64,000 nucleotides of DNA from Amphiscolops sp. MND2022 (lineage: Eukaryota), in assembly GCA_964187785.1 (NCBI GenBank), contig OZ076409.1, positions 72,418,001-72,482,000 on the forward strand. Direction: 5' to 3'. Below, piece after piece: positions 37,565 to 52,280 of the stretch (within the stretch, counting starts at the first letter, position 1; the number at the start of each line of letters is the position of its first letter). Under the pieces are notes generated by a model. The model was not told the DNA's origin. It was given only the letters and a program-made list of their open reading frames with translations, and did no database searches. The translations under genes were made by a program, and so were the position numbers.

Positions 37565-39562
37565 GTGGGCGGTAGGTTTCCCGTAGTCAAAAAAAAATTG
37601 CAGGCCGGGGTAGGGGCCCTGGCCGAGGCAAAATACCATAGAAAAGGTACCAAATTATGTGAGTTTAGAAAATTGAGCCATACAAATTCTCTGAAAATTG
37701 CTGTGTGTACCCTATCGCCCAATCTAAGAACTTTTTCCTGCTGACGTTTTGCTCTCCAAATGTTACTAATATGACTTTTTGAAAAATTTATCTCTGGTTT
37801 TTCATCAAAAATAGTGATTTTGGCAATTTTTGTGAAATATCTCTGATTGCATTAATTTTTGGACGTTGACTGTGAAACAAGGTCGGAACCATCATTTCGT
37901 GACCATGGCAATGCACTAAACACAAAAGATGTAGAGTTTTTAAATTTTTTGAAAATTTGACATTTTTAAATTTTTTTCACTACTATCAGTACCATATATG
38001 TCAAAATAACCTCAGAAAAAATTTTTTATTTTATTTAATTTAGAATCCTTGCTATCCATGGTTTCTGTTAGTATCTACTCGCTGCCAGAGACTCAACAGT
38101 TAGCATCGAATCTGAAATTAAAAATTTTTTCGAGGTCATAGGTGTTTCACAAGGATTTCACAACATAGTCTTGTTTTACAAATAGGTCATTTACAACATT
38201 ATATTTTCATCGAGGCATGTCGGATAAAGTCTTATTGCTCACGAACGGTCCTACTGGCAACGTAATAACCATTTATAGAAATATAAAGTTTTAAAAAAAA
38301 TCTTTTCACCCGTTCTTCAGACATTTTTTAGACATTCGGAACTTAACTTAGAAAAATTTCGTCTCAAAAACTCATTTTTCGTCAGGTCGAAATTTGAAAT
38401 TCAGCTTTTGAAGCACAAATATGCACTCTGACGTAACCAGTAGGGCCAATGATACTCAACAACACCATTGAGACTGGTATCAGTCGCTCCAAAAACATAT
38501 GAGCCGTGATAAGACGTTTTTTCAACAATACTGTTCAATTGATGTAAACATCGCGGAAGCCTTGGATTACAGTGAAAGTTGATTTGAACAAAAATTTACT
38601 CTTTTTTGTCAATCACTATGTAGACAGAATGCGTAGGGTAAGTTTCAGCACTAATATGAAGATTTTGAAGGAATCGGGTTGCTCAAGGCGTGGTATGAGA
38701 CACTTTTTTCTCATATACTAGTGTTTTTCAAAACCTTTTCGTTAAATATCTCGAAAAGCAAACATTAAAAAATACTTTCTGATATCTAATTTAATTCCTA
38801 GAATATAAATGAATCATGTGGTTGATCAGAAACTCTCTACTTTAATGTTTCAAGAAAAAAATCCCTTCCCATGTTTTATATCTGTAGCAGTAAAAAAAGT
38901 AGACGCTAAAAAATACGCTATTTTGCTAATATTGAATTGCAATTGTTTAGCTTTAAAACTCTTTTAATACTTCTAACGCCACCTTAAGGACTCAAGATGA
39001 TTGAAAATGTCAATCACAATGCTGACATGTAGTCTTTCTACGATCCTGGCTGGACAGATTTTGATTATTTTTCAAGTACCTGTTAACTGAATCTCGTGAT
39101 AGCCTTCTAAGTTGACCTTCTGCGTCAACTTGAGAAGGCTATCACTAAAATAAACTAAATTCTGATTTGTTTGTTTGTTTGTTCCTAACGTCTTTTGGTA
39201 CGATCGTCTTACGGTTAGTTGGTTAAACCAGGTCGCTTATACTTCCACAATTTTCGACCACAGTCCGTGTATTCGGTTCACACGACTTTACATTTTCAGT
39301 CGTTTGTTTTCGATAACTATCACAATGTACTGCCATTAGCGCAAAATTCATACTAGTACTTGGTTGGTTGAAATACTTAAACAACTGTTTCCATAGTTAT
39401 TCGCGGTGATGGTACAATCCGCGCGCCTACATACCTACGGCGTCTTGTCACTACAACGCCACATAAGGAAACAACGCCCATAGTCCGTAGGCATGCCGAG
39501 GCATGCCTTTCGACGACGCGCGCCAAATCTATGCGCGCCCGCACTTGTGCGGTAGCTGCTAG
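37565..39562 (+). mobile_element. Unit U16, divergent S-like element (1998 bp)
   Basis: S-like body from ~37850 to 39145, with different head and different final ~400 bp. Confidence 0.82.
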
Positions 39563-41549
39563 GTGGGCGGGGGTAATTCCCCAACAAAAATTACGGCCGG
39601 CGGGTTGGGTCCTGCCGGACGTCAAATAGCAAAGAATATCTAGTAGGAAACGGCGACACAGAATCGCGATTTTTAAATCTAACCACAATTTTTTGGACTT
39701 GGAGTGCATGCGGTCCTGAAATGCCCATACGAATCGAAGTTCCTGCTGACGTTAAGCGATTGAAATAATATATAAAAAGTTATGGCCCATTTTTCACTCA
39801 CATAGAAGGGTAAAATGAGGAAATTTTTAACAAAGTCGTTGATAACTCAAAATGTGTTAATTTTTGGACATTGACTGTGAAACAAGCTTGGAACCTTCAT
39901 TTCGTGGCTGTGGCATTGCACTGAACACAAAACTTGTAAAGTTTTTACATTTTTTGAAAATTCGACATTTTTGAAATTTTTTTCACTACTATCAGTACCC
40001 TATATGTCAAAAACGCCTCAGAAAATAATTTTTATTTGCTTTAAATTGGAAACCTTGGTATCCATGGTTTCTGTCGGAACCTACTCGCTGCCAAACACCC
40101 AACAGTTTGCATCCAATGTGAAATTAAAATTTTTTTCGAGGTCTTAGGTGTTTCACAAGGATTTCTCAACTTAGTTTCAATTTACAAATTGGTCATATTG
40201 AACACAATATTTTCATCGAAGCTTGTCAGATACCGCCCTAATGCTCACTAATGGGCCTACTGGCAACGTTGGAACCATTTATAGTAATAAAAAGTTTTAA
40301 AAAAATTTTTTCACCCCGTCTTCAGTCATTTTACACACTTTCGGAACTTAACTTAGAAAAGTTTCGTCTCAAAAACCCATTTTTTGTCAAGTCGAAAATT
40401 CAAATTCAGCTTTTTAAGCAAAATAAATAAAGCTGACATAACCAGTGGGGCCCATGAAACTCAAAACCACGATTGAGACTGGTATCAATGGCTCCAATAA
40501 CATATGAGTCGCGATAAGACGCTATTTTGAGCAAAACATCTCAATTGAGGTAAAGATCTCGCAAGCCAGCGATCACTGTGAAATGTAATTTCATCAAAAA
40601 TTTACTCTTTTTTGTCAATCACTATGTGCACAGAATGCGTAGGGTGCGTTTCAGCACTATAATGAGGTTTTTGAAGGCATCGAGTTGCTCAAGGGGTGGT
40701 ATGAGACATTTTTGTCCCATATACTACTGTAGTTTCCAAAATTTTTACCCCAATATCTGGAAATACAAACTTGACAAAATACTTTCAACTACTTTATTCA
40801 AAGGTTACAATATAGATGAACACTGTGGTTGATAAGAAACTTTCATCTCTTTCGTTTTCGGAAATATTTCCGTTCGCATGTGTTACATTCATAGCAGAAA
40901 AAAAAATCGAAACTGAAAAATACGCTATTTTGCTGATATAGAATCGCAATGATTGTGCCTAAAAACTCTTCAAACACTTCTAACGCAACCTTACGCACCC
41001 AAAATGATCGAAAATGCTATTCACAATGGTGACATGTGCTCTTTCTACGATCCTGGCTGGACAAGGTTTGCATATTTTTCAAGTACCTGTCAGCTAAATC
41101 TTGTGATAGCCTTTTCAGTTGGCCTTGTGTCAACTTGGGAAGGCTATCACATCAAAAAACCATCAACAAAAATATTTTTTGTTTATTGGATCTTACAGTC
41201 GATACTTTTTTTCGTGATTCTATACTACCGTTAGTATATTTCATCAGGTCACCTTACGATTGCATTCAGTCTTTGATAAAAACCTATGAACTCAAAGTCA
41301 CATTTATATATTTTTTTGCCAGAAAATAACATCAAAAACATCTAAAATATATAAAATAGAGTCTTTAACATTTTTACGTTTCAAGTTTTTGCCGTTATTA
41401 GGCCAATCAACGTCCTAGAGCCACATCCTGCCACATACTGTACAACGCCACATAGTGTTGCGACGTGCACAGTCTGTGGGCATGCCGAGGCATGCCCTTC
41501 GACGACGTATGCCGAATACCGCGGGCCTACGCCCGCGCTCCCCGGCTAG
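39563..41549 (+). mobile_element. Unit U17, family S (1987 bp)
   Basis: 3' two-thirds almost identical to U3, different head variant. Confidence 0.85.
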
Positions 41550-44500
41550 GTGGGCGGGGGTAATTCCCCAACTAAAAAATCGGCCGGCGGGTAGGGTCCT
41601 GCCGGCCGTCCAAAATCAAAAATATACTAGTAGAAAACGGCCGGTCAAACGAGCTATTTTTTTATTTAACCGTTAGAATTTGGGTTTAGATTGCATGCGG
41701 CCATAAAATGGCCATACGAATCGAAGTTCCTGCTGACGTTTTGCGATTGAAACACTTTATAAAAAGTTATGGCCAATTTGTCAGTCACCTAGAAGGGCAA
41801 AATGAGGAAAATTTTAACAAAGTCGCTAATAACTCAAAATGTGTTATTTTTTGGACTTTGACTGTGAAACAAGCTTGGAACCTTCATTTCGTGGCTGTGG
41901 CATTGCACTGAACGCAAAAGATGTAAAGTTTTTACATTTTTTGAAAATTTGACATTTTTGAAATTTTTTTCACTACTATCAGTACCATATATGTCAAAAA
42001 CACCTCAGAAAAAAAATTTTATTTGCTTTAACTTGGAAACCTTGGTATCCATGGTTTCTGTCGGAACCTACTCGCAACCAAACAACCAACAGTTTGCATC
42101 CAATGTGAAAATAAAAAATTTTTCTGGGTCATAAGCGTTTCACAAGGATTTCTCAACTTAGTATTAATTTACAAAATGGTCATCTTGAACACAATATTTT
42201 CATCGAGGCTTGTCGGCTATAGCCTTAATGTTCTAGAACGGTCCCACTGGCAACGTAGGAACCATTTATAGTAATAGAAAGTTTAAAAAATATATTTTCA
42301 CCCTGTCTTCAGTCATTTTTCAGTCATTCGGAACTTAACTTAGAAAAATTTCGACCAAAATACCCATTTTTTGACAGATCGAAAATTCAAATTCAACTTT
42401 TTAAGCAAAATTAGTAACTCTGACGTAACCAGTGGGACTCATGATACTCAAAAACACGATTGGGACTGGTACCAATGGCTCCAATATCATATGAGCCGCG
42501 ATAAGACGTTATTTTGAGCAATACGTCTCAATTGAGGGAAACATCTCGCAAGCCTGGGATCACAGTTAAAAGTGATTTCGTCAAAAATTTACTCTTTTTC
42601 GTCAATCACTATGTACACAGAGTGCGTAGGGTGAGTTTCAGCACTATAATGCGGTTTTTGAAGGAATCGGTCTGCTCAAGGGGTGGTATGAGACATTTTT
42701 TTTGCATGTAGTACTATATTTCTCAAAACTTTTAGCCCAATATCTCGAAAAGCTCACTTCGCAAATTACTTTCAGTTACTCTATTCGAAGCTTAGAATAT
42801 ATATGAACAGTGTGGTTGATCAGAAACTCTTGACTATTTTGTTTTTGGAAAAAAACTGCCTTGCATGTGTTACATTAGTGGCAGGAAAAATACCAGTAGC
42901 TCCAAAAATCACAATTTTGGACGGACAGACCTGCAATGATGCAAAGCAAAAACGTTTCAACAACTTCTGGCGCCACTTTTTTTACCCAAGAGGTTCGAAA
43001 TTACTATTAACAATGCTGACATTCGCTATAAATAAGATCGAGGTCAATTTACTAACACTTAGGTTATACATTTATATCTGAGAAACCATTCTTTGTCAGG
43101 TCGCAATTTTAAATTTAGTTTGGGAAGCAATACTTTTCACTCTGAAGCAAACCGTTGGGCCCAAATTACTCAAAAACTACAAAAAGACTGTCACCATATG
43201 CCCTAATAGCATATGAGATTCGACCGTATGTTTTTAACACAAAAACTCTCATCCGAAGTAAACATGTTGAAAGCCTTGAATCACCGTGAGAAATGATTTC
43301 ATCAAAAAATATTCCTTTTTCGTCAATCTTTATCTACACAGAACACGTTGTGTCATTTTCAGCCGTGAAATGAGCTTCTACCGTAATATGGGTTGCTCAA
43401 GGTGTTGTATAAGACAAAAACTTCCTCTTTTCTACTATCTTCTTCAAATATTTCAACCCTTTGTCACAAGAAGTTAATATTCAAAATCTCTTTGAAATGT
43501 TTCTTTAGGTTGGGGTGAAGTGTTAGAACAATAATTATGATCGAAGAATGATAGTATTGGTGTTTGGACCATGTCCGGATGAACAAATTGCAAAATCATG
43601 AAAAATTTCTTACCATTTTTGGTCATTTTGTCAGTACTAAAAATGTTAGCTGAAAAAGAATTTTTTTGATGGCACCATTGGATTCCTCTCAAAAAGTTGG
43701 TTATATGACCTGTGTAATAACCCCGTATCTTTTCAATTTAAATATATTTAAAAAGCCAACTATTTTGACCAAAATCCTAAAAATCATACCATTTCCTAAA
43801 AATTTTCAAATGCACCCCATTTGACGTATAAGAATAGCACAGAAAACTATCACATACCGATCGACTCTACTTCCATTGTAGATTCCCAGAATTTTGTTTA
43901 GAACAATTTTTGACGGATGCAAAAAAATTTAAACCCTCCAAAAAAGGGCCAAAATTACACGAAAAAATTGACCTTAAAATTTTAAAATGTCGAAAAATCA
44001 TCAAAACCACAGCTTCTTGGGGTTCTATCAACTCCACGTGGTCCACAGAGTATGTTAAAACAAGTTTTACCCGTATTTGAGCAATATGTGAAAAAGCCGA
44101 CTTTTTTGGGAATGAAAAACATACCATTTCCTAAAAAATTTCAAACGCACCCCATTTGACGTATAAGAATAGCACAGAAAACTATCACATACCGATCGAC
44201 TCTACTTCCATTGTAGGTTACCAGAATCTTGTTTAGAACAATTGTTGACGGATGCAAAAAAAAATTTAAACCCTCCAAAAATGGGCCAAAATTACACGAA
44301 AAAATTGACCTTAAATTTTTAAAATGTCAAAAAATCATCAAAACCACAGCTTCTTGGGGTTCTATCAACTCCACGTGGTCCACAGAGTATGCTAAAACAG
44401 GTTTTACATGTTTCTGAGCTATATGTGAAAAAACCGACATTTTGGGGAAGAAAAACATACCATTTCTTAAAAAATTTCAAATGCACGCCATTTGCCGTAT

Positions 44501-46312
44501 GAGAATAGCACAGAAAACTATCACATACCGATCAACTCTACTTCTATTGTAGATTATCAGATTTTTGTTTAGAACAAATTTTTATGGATATAAAAAATTT
44601 TTAAACCCTCCAAAAATGAGCCAAAATAACACGAAAAAATGGACCCTAAATTTTTAAAATGTCAAAAAATTATCCAAACCACAGCTTCTTGGGGTTCTAT
44701 CAGCTCCACGTGGTCCACAGAGTATGCTAAAACAGGTTTTGCCCGTTTTTGAGCAGTATATGAAAAAGCCGACATTTTTGGGGAAGAAAAACATACCATT
44801 TCCTAAATAATTTCAAATGCAGGCAATTTGCCGTATGAGAGTAGCACAGAAAACTATCACACACCGATCAACTCTACTTCTTTTGTAGATTATCAGAATT
44901 ATGTTTAGAGTAAAGTTTTATGGATATGAAAAATTTTTATACCCTCCAAAAATGGGCCAAAATGACACGAAAAAATTGACCTCAAATTTTTAAAATGTCA
45001 AAAAATTATCCAAACCACAGCGTCTTGGCGTTCTATCAACTCCAAATGACCTTCAGAGTATACCAAACCAGGTATTGCCAATCTTTTGAGCAATATTTAA
45101 AAACACCGACTATTTGGCAAGAACACCATAATATGTTCCATATAAGAAGTGAATCATTCCACATATATACCCGGTCTAATATTTCCAAATTAGCGATAAC
45201 ATTTATACATGATGGTTTTTGAAAGTGAGCTTTATAAGAGGTTGAGATGTAATAATACGTAAATGGACCCTAAGTTTCATTGAAATCTCAATGGAATACG
45301 TCCAATCAACTTCAATCCTAACTATTATATAACAAAAAACACTTGAGTACATTCCATCTCCCCATCGAGGGAGATGAGAATGTACTTTTCAAAAGCCAAA
45401 AACTTCGAATTTTAAATCTTTTGTAACATTGTATGTAACTGTTGAAACGATGAACGAATGAAAATGCTTCTAGTACCTTCATCAATTTTTGCTTCAGCTC
45501 CTATTTCTGCAGAACAAAACCAAAAGACACACTTACAGCAGTTAAGTTCGATTGTATAACTCAGTGAGTAAAGGTATGACTGAGGAAGTTCACAAGTTGT
45601 TTCAAAAGTTTCCGGCCTTCCAAAATCATGAAACGTCCACACAACCAAGATAGCAAGTGAAAGAATGCTGAATGCACCTTATTAGATGAGATAAATAATG
45701 TGTGGAACTTGCCATTATCTCAAGATGACGTTGATTTATGATCTTTTAAGGATAGTTCGATATGTGACCACAATAGTGGAAAACTTATTACTATTTGAAG
45801 AACACCGTGGAAAGCGTTCAGAAAGGACAGTATATTTGTTTCGAGCATGCATGCGTGTGTTCCTTTGGTGACGTTAGCTTAGTGTACATGACGGAGGTAT
45901 TCGAGAGATTATGATAGAGTTTACTCACAAGTCTTTGTTTTTTTAAACTTTCTATGCCGTTGAGTACATTCGTAAGGTACATCCATCCCCTTCTCTGGGA
46001 ATGTACGTTTGCCAAATGACTGTCATCCAAAATTCGTAATCCGGACGAGTTTAACTACATAAACATGTGATGAGCGTTTTCAATTCACAACCGAATAACA
46101 TTTTTTTTCTCGAAATTGATGATGGTTTTGATTTTGATGTCTTCTACTTTTATCATCATGCAAACGACCTTACCATGTCTCTCTTCTGTCGTCATTTGTA
46201 CAACGCCACATAGCGTTCCGACGCCCACCGTCTGTGGGCATGCCGAGGCATGCCCTTCGACGACGTATGCCAAATGAGCCATACCCGCACTCTGGAGTGC
46301 GGTAGCGGCTAG
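41550..46312 (+). mobile_element. Unit U18, family L (4763 bp)
   Basis: Internal repeats, hairpin 45346-45386, ends CCGCACTC-tg-GAGTGCGG-tagcgg-CTAG. Confidence 0.85.
43786..45127 (+). repeat. Internal tandem repeat, 4 x ~337 bp
   Basis: Same monomer as the other L units. Confidence 0.9.
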
Positions 46313-48301
46313 GTGGGCGGGGGTAATTCCCCAACAAAAATTACGGCCGGCGGGTTGGGTCCTGCCGGACGTCAAATAGTGTGAAACATCCAGTAGGAAA
46401 CGGCGACATAAATCAGCGATTTTAAAATTTAACCGTTAGAATTCGGACTTGGAGTGCATGCGGCCCCAAAATACCCATACGAATCGAAGTTCCTGCTGAC
46501 GTTAAGCGATAAAAACACTTTATAAAAAGTTATGGCCCATTTTACGTTCACTTAGAGAGGTAAAATGAGGAAAATTTTAACAAAGTTGCTGATAACTCAA
46601 AATACAATAATTTTTGGCTTTTGACTGTGAAACAAGCCTAGAACCTTCATTTCGTGGCCGTGGCATTGCACTGAACACAAAAGATGTAAAGTTTTTAAAT
46701 TTTTTGAAAATTCGACATTTTTGAATTTTTTTTCACTACTATCAGTACCATATATGTCAAAAACACCTCAGAAAATAATTTTTATTTGCTTTAACTTGGA
46801 AACCTTGGTATCCATGGTTTCTGTCGGAACCTACTCGCAGCCAAACACCCAACAGTTTGCATCCAATGTGACTTTAAAATATTTTTCGAGGTCATAAGGG
46901 TTTCATAAGGTTTTCATAACTTAGTATTAAACTACAAACTGGTCATTTTCAACATAATATCTTTGTCGAGGCATGTCGGATATAGTCCTATTGCTCACGA
47001 ACGGTCCTACTGGCAACGTAATAACCATTTATAGAAATGTAAAGTTATAAAAAAAATTTTTCACCCGGTCTTCAGTCATTTTTCAGTCATTCGGAACTTA
47101 ACTTAGAAAAATTTCGACCAAAATATCCATTTTTTGTCAGGTCGAAAAATCAAATTCAGATTTTTAGGCAAAATTATTAACTCTGACGTAACCCATGGGG
47201 CCCATGATACTCAAAACAACGATTGACACTGGTATCAATGGCTCCAATAACATATGAGTTGCGATAAGACGTTATTTTGAGCATTACGTCTCAATTGAGG
47301 TAAAGATCTCGCAAGACAGTGATCACTGTGAATTGTGATTTCATCAAAAATTTACTCTTTTTTGTCAATCACTATGTGTACAGATTGCGTAGGGTGCGTT
47401 TCAGCACTATAATGAGGTTTTTGAAGGCATCGAGTTGCTCAAGGGGTGGTATGAGACATTTTTGTCCCATATACTACTGTATTTTCCAAAAATTTTAGCC
47501 CAATATCTGGAAATACAAACTTGACAAAATACTTTCAACTACTTTATTCAAAGGTTACAATATAGATGAACACTGTGGTTGATCAGAAACTTTCATCTCT
47601 TTCGTTTTCCGAAATATTTCCCTTCGCATGTGTTACATTCGTAGCAGAAAAAAAAATCGAAACTGAAAAATACGCTATTTTGCTAACATAGAATCGCAAT
47701 GATTGTGCCTAAAAACTCTTTAAACACTTCTAACGCAACCTTACGCACCCAAAATGATCGAAAATGCTATTCACAATGGTGACATGTGCTCTTTCTACGA
47801 TCCTGGCTGGACAAGGTTTGCATATTTTTCAAGTACCTGTCAGCTAAATCTTGTGATAGCCTTTTCAGTTGGCCTTGTGTCAACTTGGGAAGGCTATCAC
47901 ATCAAAAAACCATCCACAAAAATAATTTTTGTTTATTGGATCTTACAGTCGATACTTTTTTTCGTGATTCTATACTACCGTTAGTATATTTCCTCAGGTC
48001 ACCTTACGATTGCATTCAGTCTTTGATAAAAACCTATGAACTCAAAGTCACATTTATATATTTTTTTGCCAAAAACAACATCAAAAATATCTAAAATATA
48101 TAAAATAGAGTCTTTAACATTTTTACGTTTCAAGTTTTTGCCGTTATTAGGCCAATCAACGTCCTAGAGCCACATCCTGTCATACTGTACAACGCCACAT
48201 AGTGTTGCGACGTGCACGGTCTGTGGGCATGCCGAGGCATGCCCTTCGACGACGTATACCAAATGAGCCTTTTCCGCACTCTGGAGTGCGGTAGCGGCTA
48301 G
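46313..48301 (+). mobile_element. Unit U19, family S (1989 bp)
   Basis: S body carrying the U18-type terminal hairpin. Confidence 0.85.
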
Positions 48302-50290
48302 GTGGGCGGGGGTAATTCCCCAACAAAAAAATCGGCCGGCGGGTCGGGTCCTGCCGGCCGTCCAAAATCAAAATCCTCCTAGTAGAAAACGGCATGTCAA
48401 ACGAGCTATTTTTTTATTTAACCATACGAATCTCACCATTTTTTGCATGCGGCCCTGAAATGGCCATACGAGACGAAGTTCCTGCTGACGTTTTGCAATG
48501 TAAATGTTTTATAAAAAGTTATGGCCGATTTGTCATTCACCTAGAAGGGTAAAATGAGGAAAATTTTAACAAAGTCGCTGATAACTCAAAATGTGTTAAT
48601 TTTTGGACTTTGACTGTGAAACAAGATTGGAACCTTCATTTCGTGGCTGGGGCATTGGACTGAACACAAAAGATGTAAAGTTTTTACGTTTTTTGAAAAT
48701 TCGACATTTTTGAAATTTTTTTCACTACTATCAGTACCCCATATGTCAAAAACACCTCAGAAAAAAAATTTTATTTGCTTTAAATTGGAAACCTTGGTAT
48801 CCATGGTTTCTGTCGGAACCTACTCGCAGCCAAACACCCAACAGTTTGCATCCAATGTGAAAATAAAAAATTTTTCGGGGTCATAAGCGTTTCACAAGGA
48901 TTTCTCAACTTAGTATTAATTTACAAAATGGTCATTTTGAACATAATATTTTCATCGAGGCTTGTCGGCTATAGCCTTAATGTTCTAGAACGGTCCCACT
49001 GGCAACGTAGCAACCATTTATAGTAATATAAAAGGTTAAAAAATTTTTTTCACCCGGTCTTCAGTCATTTTTCAGACATTCGGAACATAACTTAGAAAAT
49101 TTTTGACCCAAATACCCATTTTTTGTCAGGTCGAAAATTAAAATTCAGCTATTAAAGCAAAATTATTTACTCTGACGTAACCAGTGGGGCCCATGATACT
49201 CAAAAACACCATTGGCACTGGTACCAATGGCTCCATTAACATATGAGTCGCGATAAGACGTTATTTTGAGCAATACGTCTCAATTGAGGTAAAGATCTCG
49301 CAAGCCAGCGATCACTGTGAAATGTGATTTCATCAAAAATTTACTCATTTTTGTCAATAACTATGTGCACAGAGTGTGTAGGGTGCGTTTCAGCACTATA
49401 ATGAGGTTTTTGAAGGCATCGGGTTGCTCAAGGGGTGGTATGAGACATTTTTTTCCTATATACTACTGTGTTTTCCAAAACTTTTAGCCCATTATCAGGA
49501 AAAAATAATTTGACAAATTACTTTCAACTACTTTATTCAAAGGTTACAATATAGATGAACACTGTGGTTGATCAGAAACTTTCATCTCTTTCGTTTTCCG
49601 AAATAATTCCCTTCGAATGTGTTACATTTGTAGCCGGAAAAAAAACCGAAACTAAAAAATACGCGATTTTGCTGAGATAGAACCGGGATAATTGTGTCTA
49701 AATACTCTTTAAATACTTCTAACGCGACCTTACGGACCCAAAAGGATTAAAAATGCCACTCACAATGCTGACATGTGCTCTTTCGACGATCCTGGCTGGA
49801 CAAGTTTTGCAAATATTTCAAGTACCTGTTAACTGAATTTTGTGATAGCCTTTTAAGTTGGCCTTGTGTCAACTTGGGAAGGCTATCACATCAAAAAACT
49901 TTCAACAAAAAAACTTTTTGTTTATTGGATATTGCTGTCGATACCTTTTTTAGTGATTCTATACTACCGTTAGTATATTCCATCAGGTCACCAGACGATT
50001 GTATTCAGTATTTGATAAAAATTTATGAACTCGAAGTCTCTTTCATATGTTTTTTGTTCAAAAAAATTATCAAAAAAATTTATATTATAAACAATTGAGT
50101 CTTTAACTTTTTTATTCCCCAATTTTCCAGTGTTATTAGGCTCATCAACTTCCTACTGCCACATCCAGACATTAGTACAACGCCACAAAGTGTTGCGACG
50201 TCCACCGTCTGTGGGCATGCCGAGGCATGCCCTTCGACGACGTATGCCAAAAATAGCGCCCTCCGCGGTCACTACCGCGGTAGCAGCTAG
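48302..50290 (+). mobile_element. Unit U20, family S (1989 bp)
   Basis: Head as U1, conserved tail and CTAG. Confidence 0.85.
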
Positions 50291-52280
50291 GTGGGCGGGG
50301 GTAATTCCCCAACAAAAAAATCGGCCGGCGGGTCGGGTCCTGCCGGCCGTCCAAAATCAAAATCCTCCTAGTAGAAAACGGCATGTCAAACGAGCTATTT
50401 TTTTATTTAACCATTAGAATTTCACCATTTTTTGCATGCGGCCCTGAAATGGCCATACGAGACGAAGTTCCTGCTGACGTTTTGCGATGTAAATGTTTTA
50501 TAAAAAGTTATGGCCGATTTGTCATTCACCTAGAAGGGTAAAATGAGGAAAATTTTAACAAAGTCGCTGATAACTCAAAATGTGTTAATTTTTGGACTTT
50601 GACTGTGAAACAAGCTTGGAACCTTCATTTCGTGGCTGGGGCATTGGACTGAACACAAAAGATGTAAAGTTTTTACGTTTTTTGAAAATTCGACATTTTT
50701 GAAATTTTTTTCACTACTATCAGTACCCCATATGTCAAAAACACCTCAGAAAAAAATTTTTATTTGCTTTAAATTGGAAACCTTGGTATCCATGGTTTCT
50801 GTCGGAACCTACTCGCAGCCAAACACCCAACAGTTTGCATCCAATGTGAAAATAAAAATTTTTTCGGGGACATAAGCGTTTCACAAGGTTTTCATGTTTT
50901 AGTATTAAATTACATAGTGGTCATTTTAAACATAAAATTTTGGTCCAGGTATGTCGGATATAGTCTGAATGCTCACGAACGGTCCTACTGGCAACGTAGG
51001 AACCATTTATAGTAATGAAAAGTAATAAAAAAATTTTTTTAACCGGTCTTCAGTCATTTTTCAGACATTCGGAACTTAACTTAGAAAATTTTCGAACCAA
51101 ATACCCATTTTTTGTCAGGTCGAAAATTGAAATTCAGCTATTAAAGCAAAATTTTTTACTCTGACGTAACCAGTGGGGTCCATGATACTCAAAAATACGA
51201 TTGGGACTGGTACCAATGGCTCCTATATCATATGAGCCGCGATAAGACGTTATTTTGAGCAATACGTCTCAATTGAGGTAAACATCTTGCAAGCCTGGGA
51301 TCACAGTGAAATGTAATTTCATCAAAAAATTACTCATTTTCGTCAATCACTATGTGCAGAGAGTGGGTAGGGTGAGTTCCAACACTATAATGAGGTTTTT
51401 GAAGGCATAGGGTTGCTCAAGGGGTGGTATGAGTCATTACTTTCCTCTATACAACTGTATTTTCAAAAACTTTTAGCCCATTATCTGGAAAAATTAACTT
51501 GACAAAATACTTTCAATTAATTTATTCAAAGGTTACAATATAGATGAACACTGTGGTTGATCAGAAACTTTCATCTCTTTCGTTTTCCGAAATAACTCCT
51601 TTCAAATGTGTTACATTTGTAGCAGGAAAAAAAACTGAAACTAAAAAATACGCGATTTTGCTGAGATAGAATCGCAATGGTTGCGCCTAAAATCTCTTTA
51701 AATACTTCTAACGCGACCTTACGGACCCAAAATGATTGAAAATGCCATTCACAATGCTGACATCTGCTCTTTCTACGATCCTGGCTGGACAAGTTTTGCA
51801 TTTTTTTCAAGTACCTGTTAACTGAACATTGTGATAGCCTTTCAAGTTGGCCTTGTGTCAACTTGGGAAGGCTGTCACATCAAAAAACTGTCAACAAAAA
51901 TACTCTTTGTTTATAGGATAATGCTGTCGATGCTTCACTTCGTGATTCGATCATGTCGTGAGTTCCTTCCATCAGGTCAGCTAACATTTGGATTCAGTGT
52001 TGGATAAGAACCTATGATTTTCATGACAATTTTAGTTCTTTTTTGTCAACAAAAAGTACAAATAAATGATATAAAACATATTTGTAACCTTTAGGAAGTT
52101 TAACTTTACCTTTATTTACCGTTGCCATCGCCACCCACCCCCTACGACCTCGCAGTGTCCTCATTACAACGCCACATAGTGTAGCGACGCCCACAGTCTG
52201 TGGGCATGCCGAGGCATGCCCTTCGACGACGTATGCCAAATATAGCGTTAGCCCGCGGTCACTACCGCGGTAGCAGCTAG
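50291..52280 (+). mobile_element. Unit U21, family S (1990 bp)
   Basis: Almost identical to U1. Confidence 0.85.
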
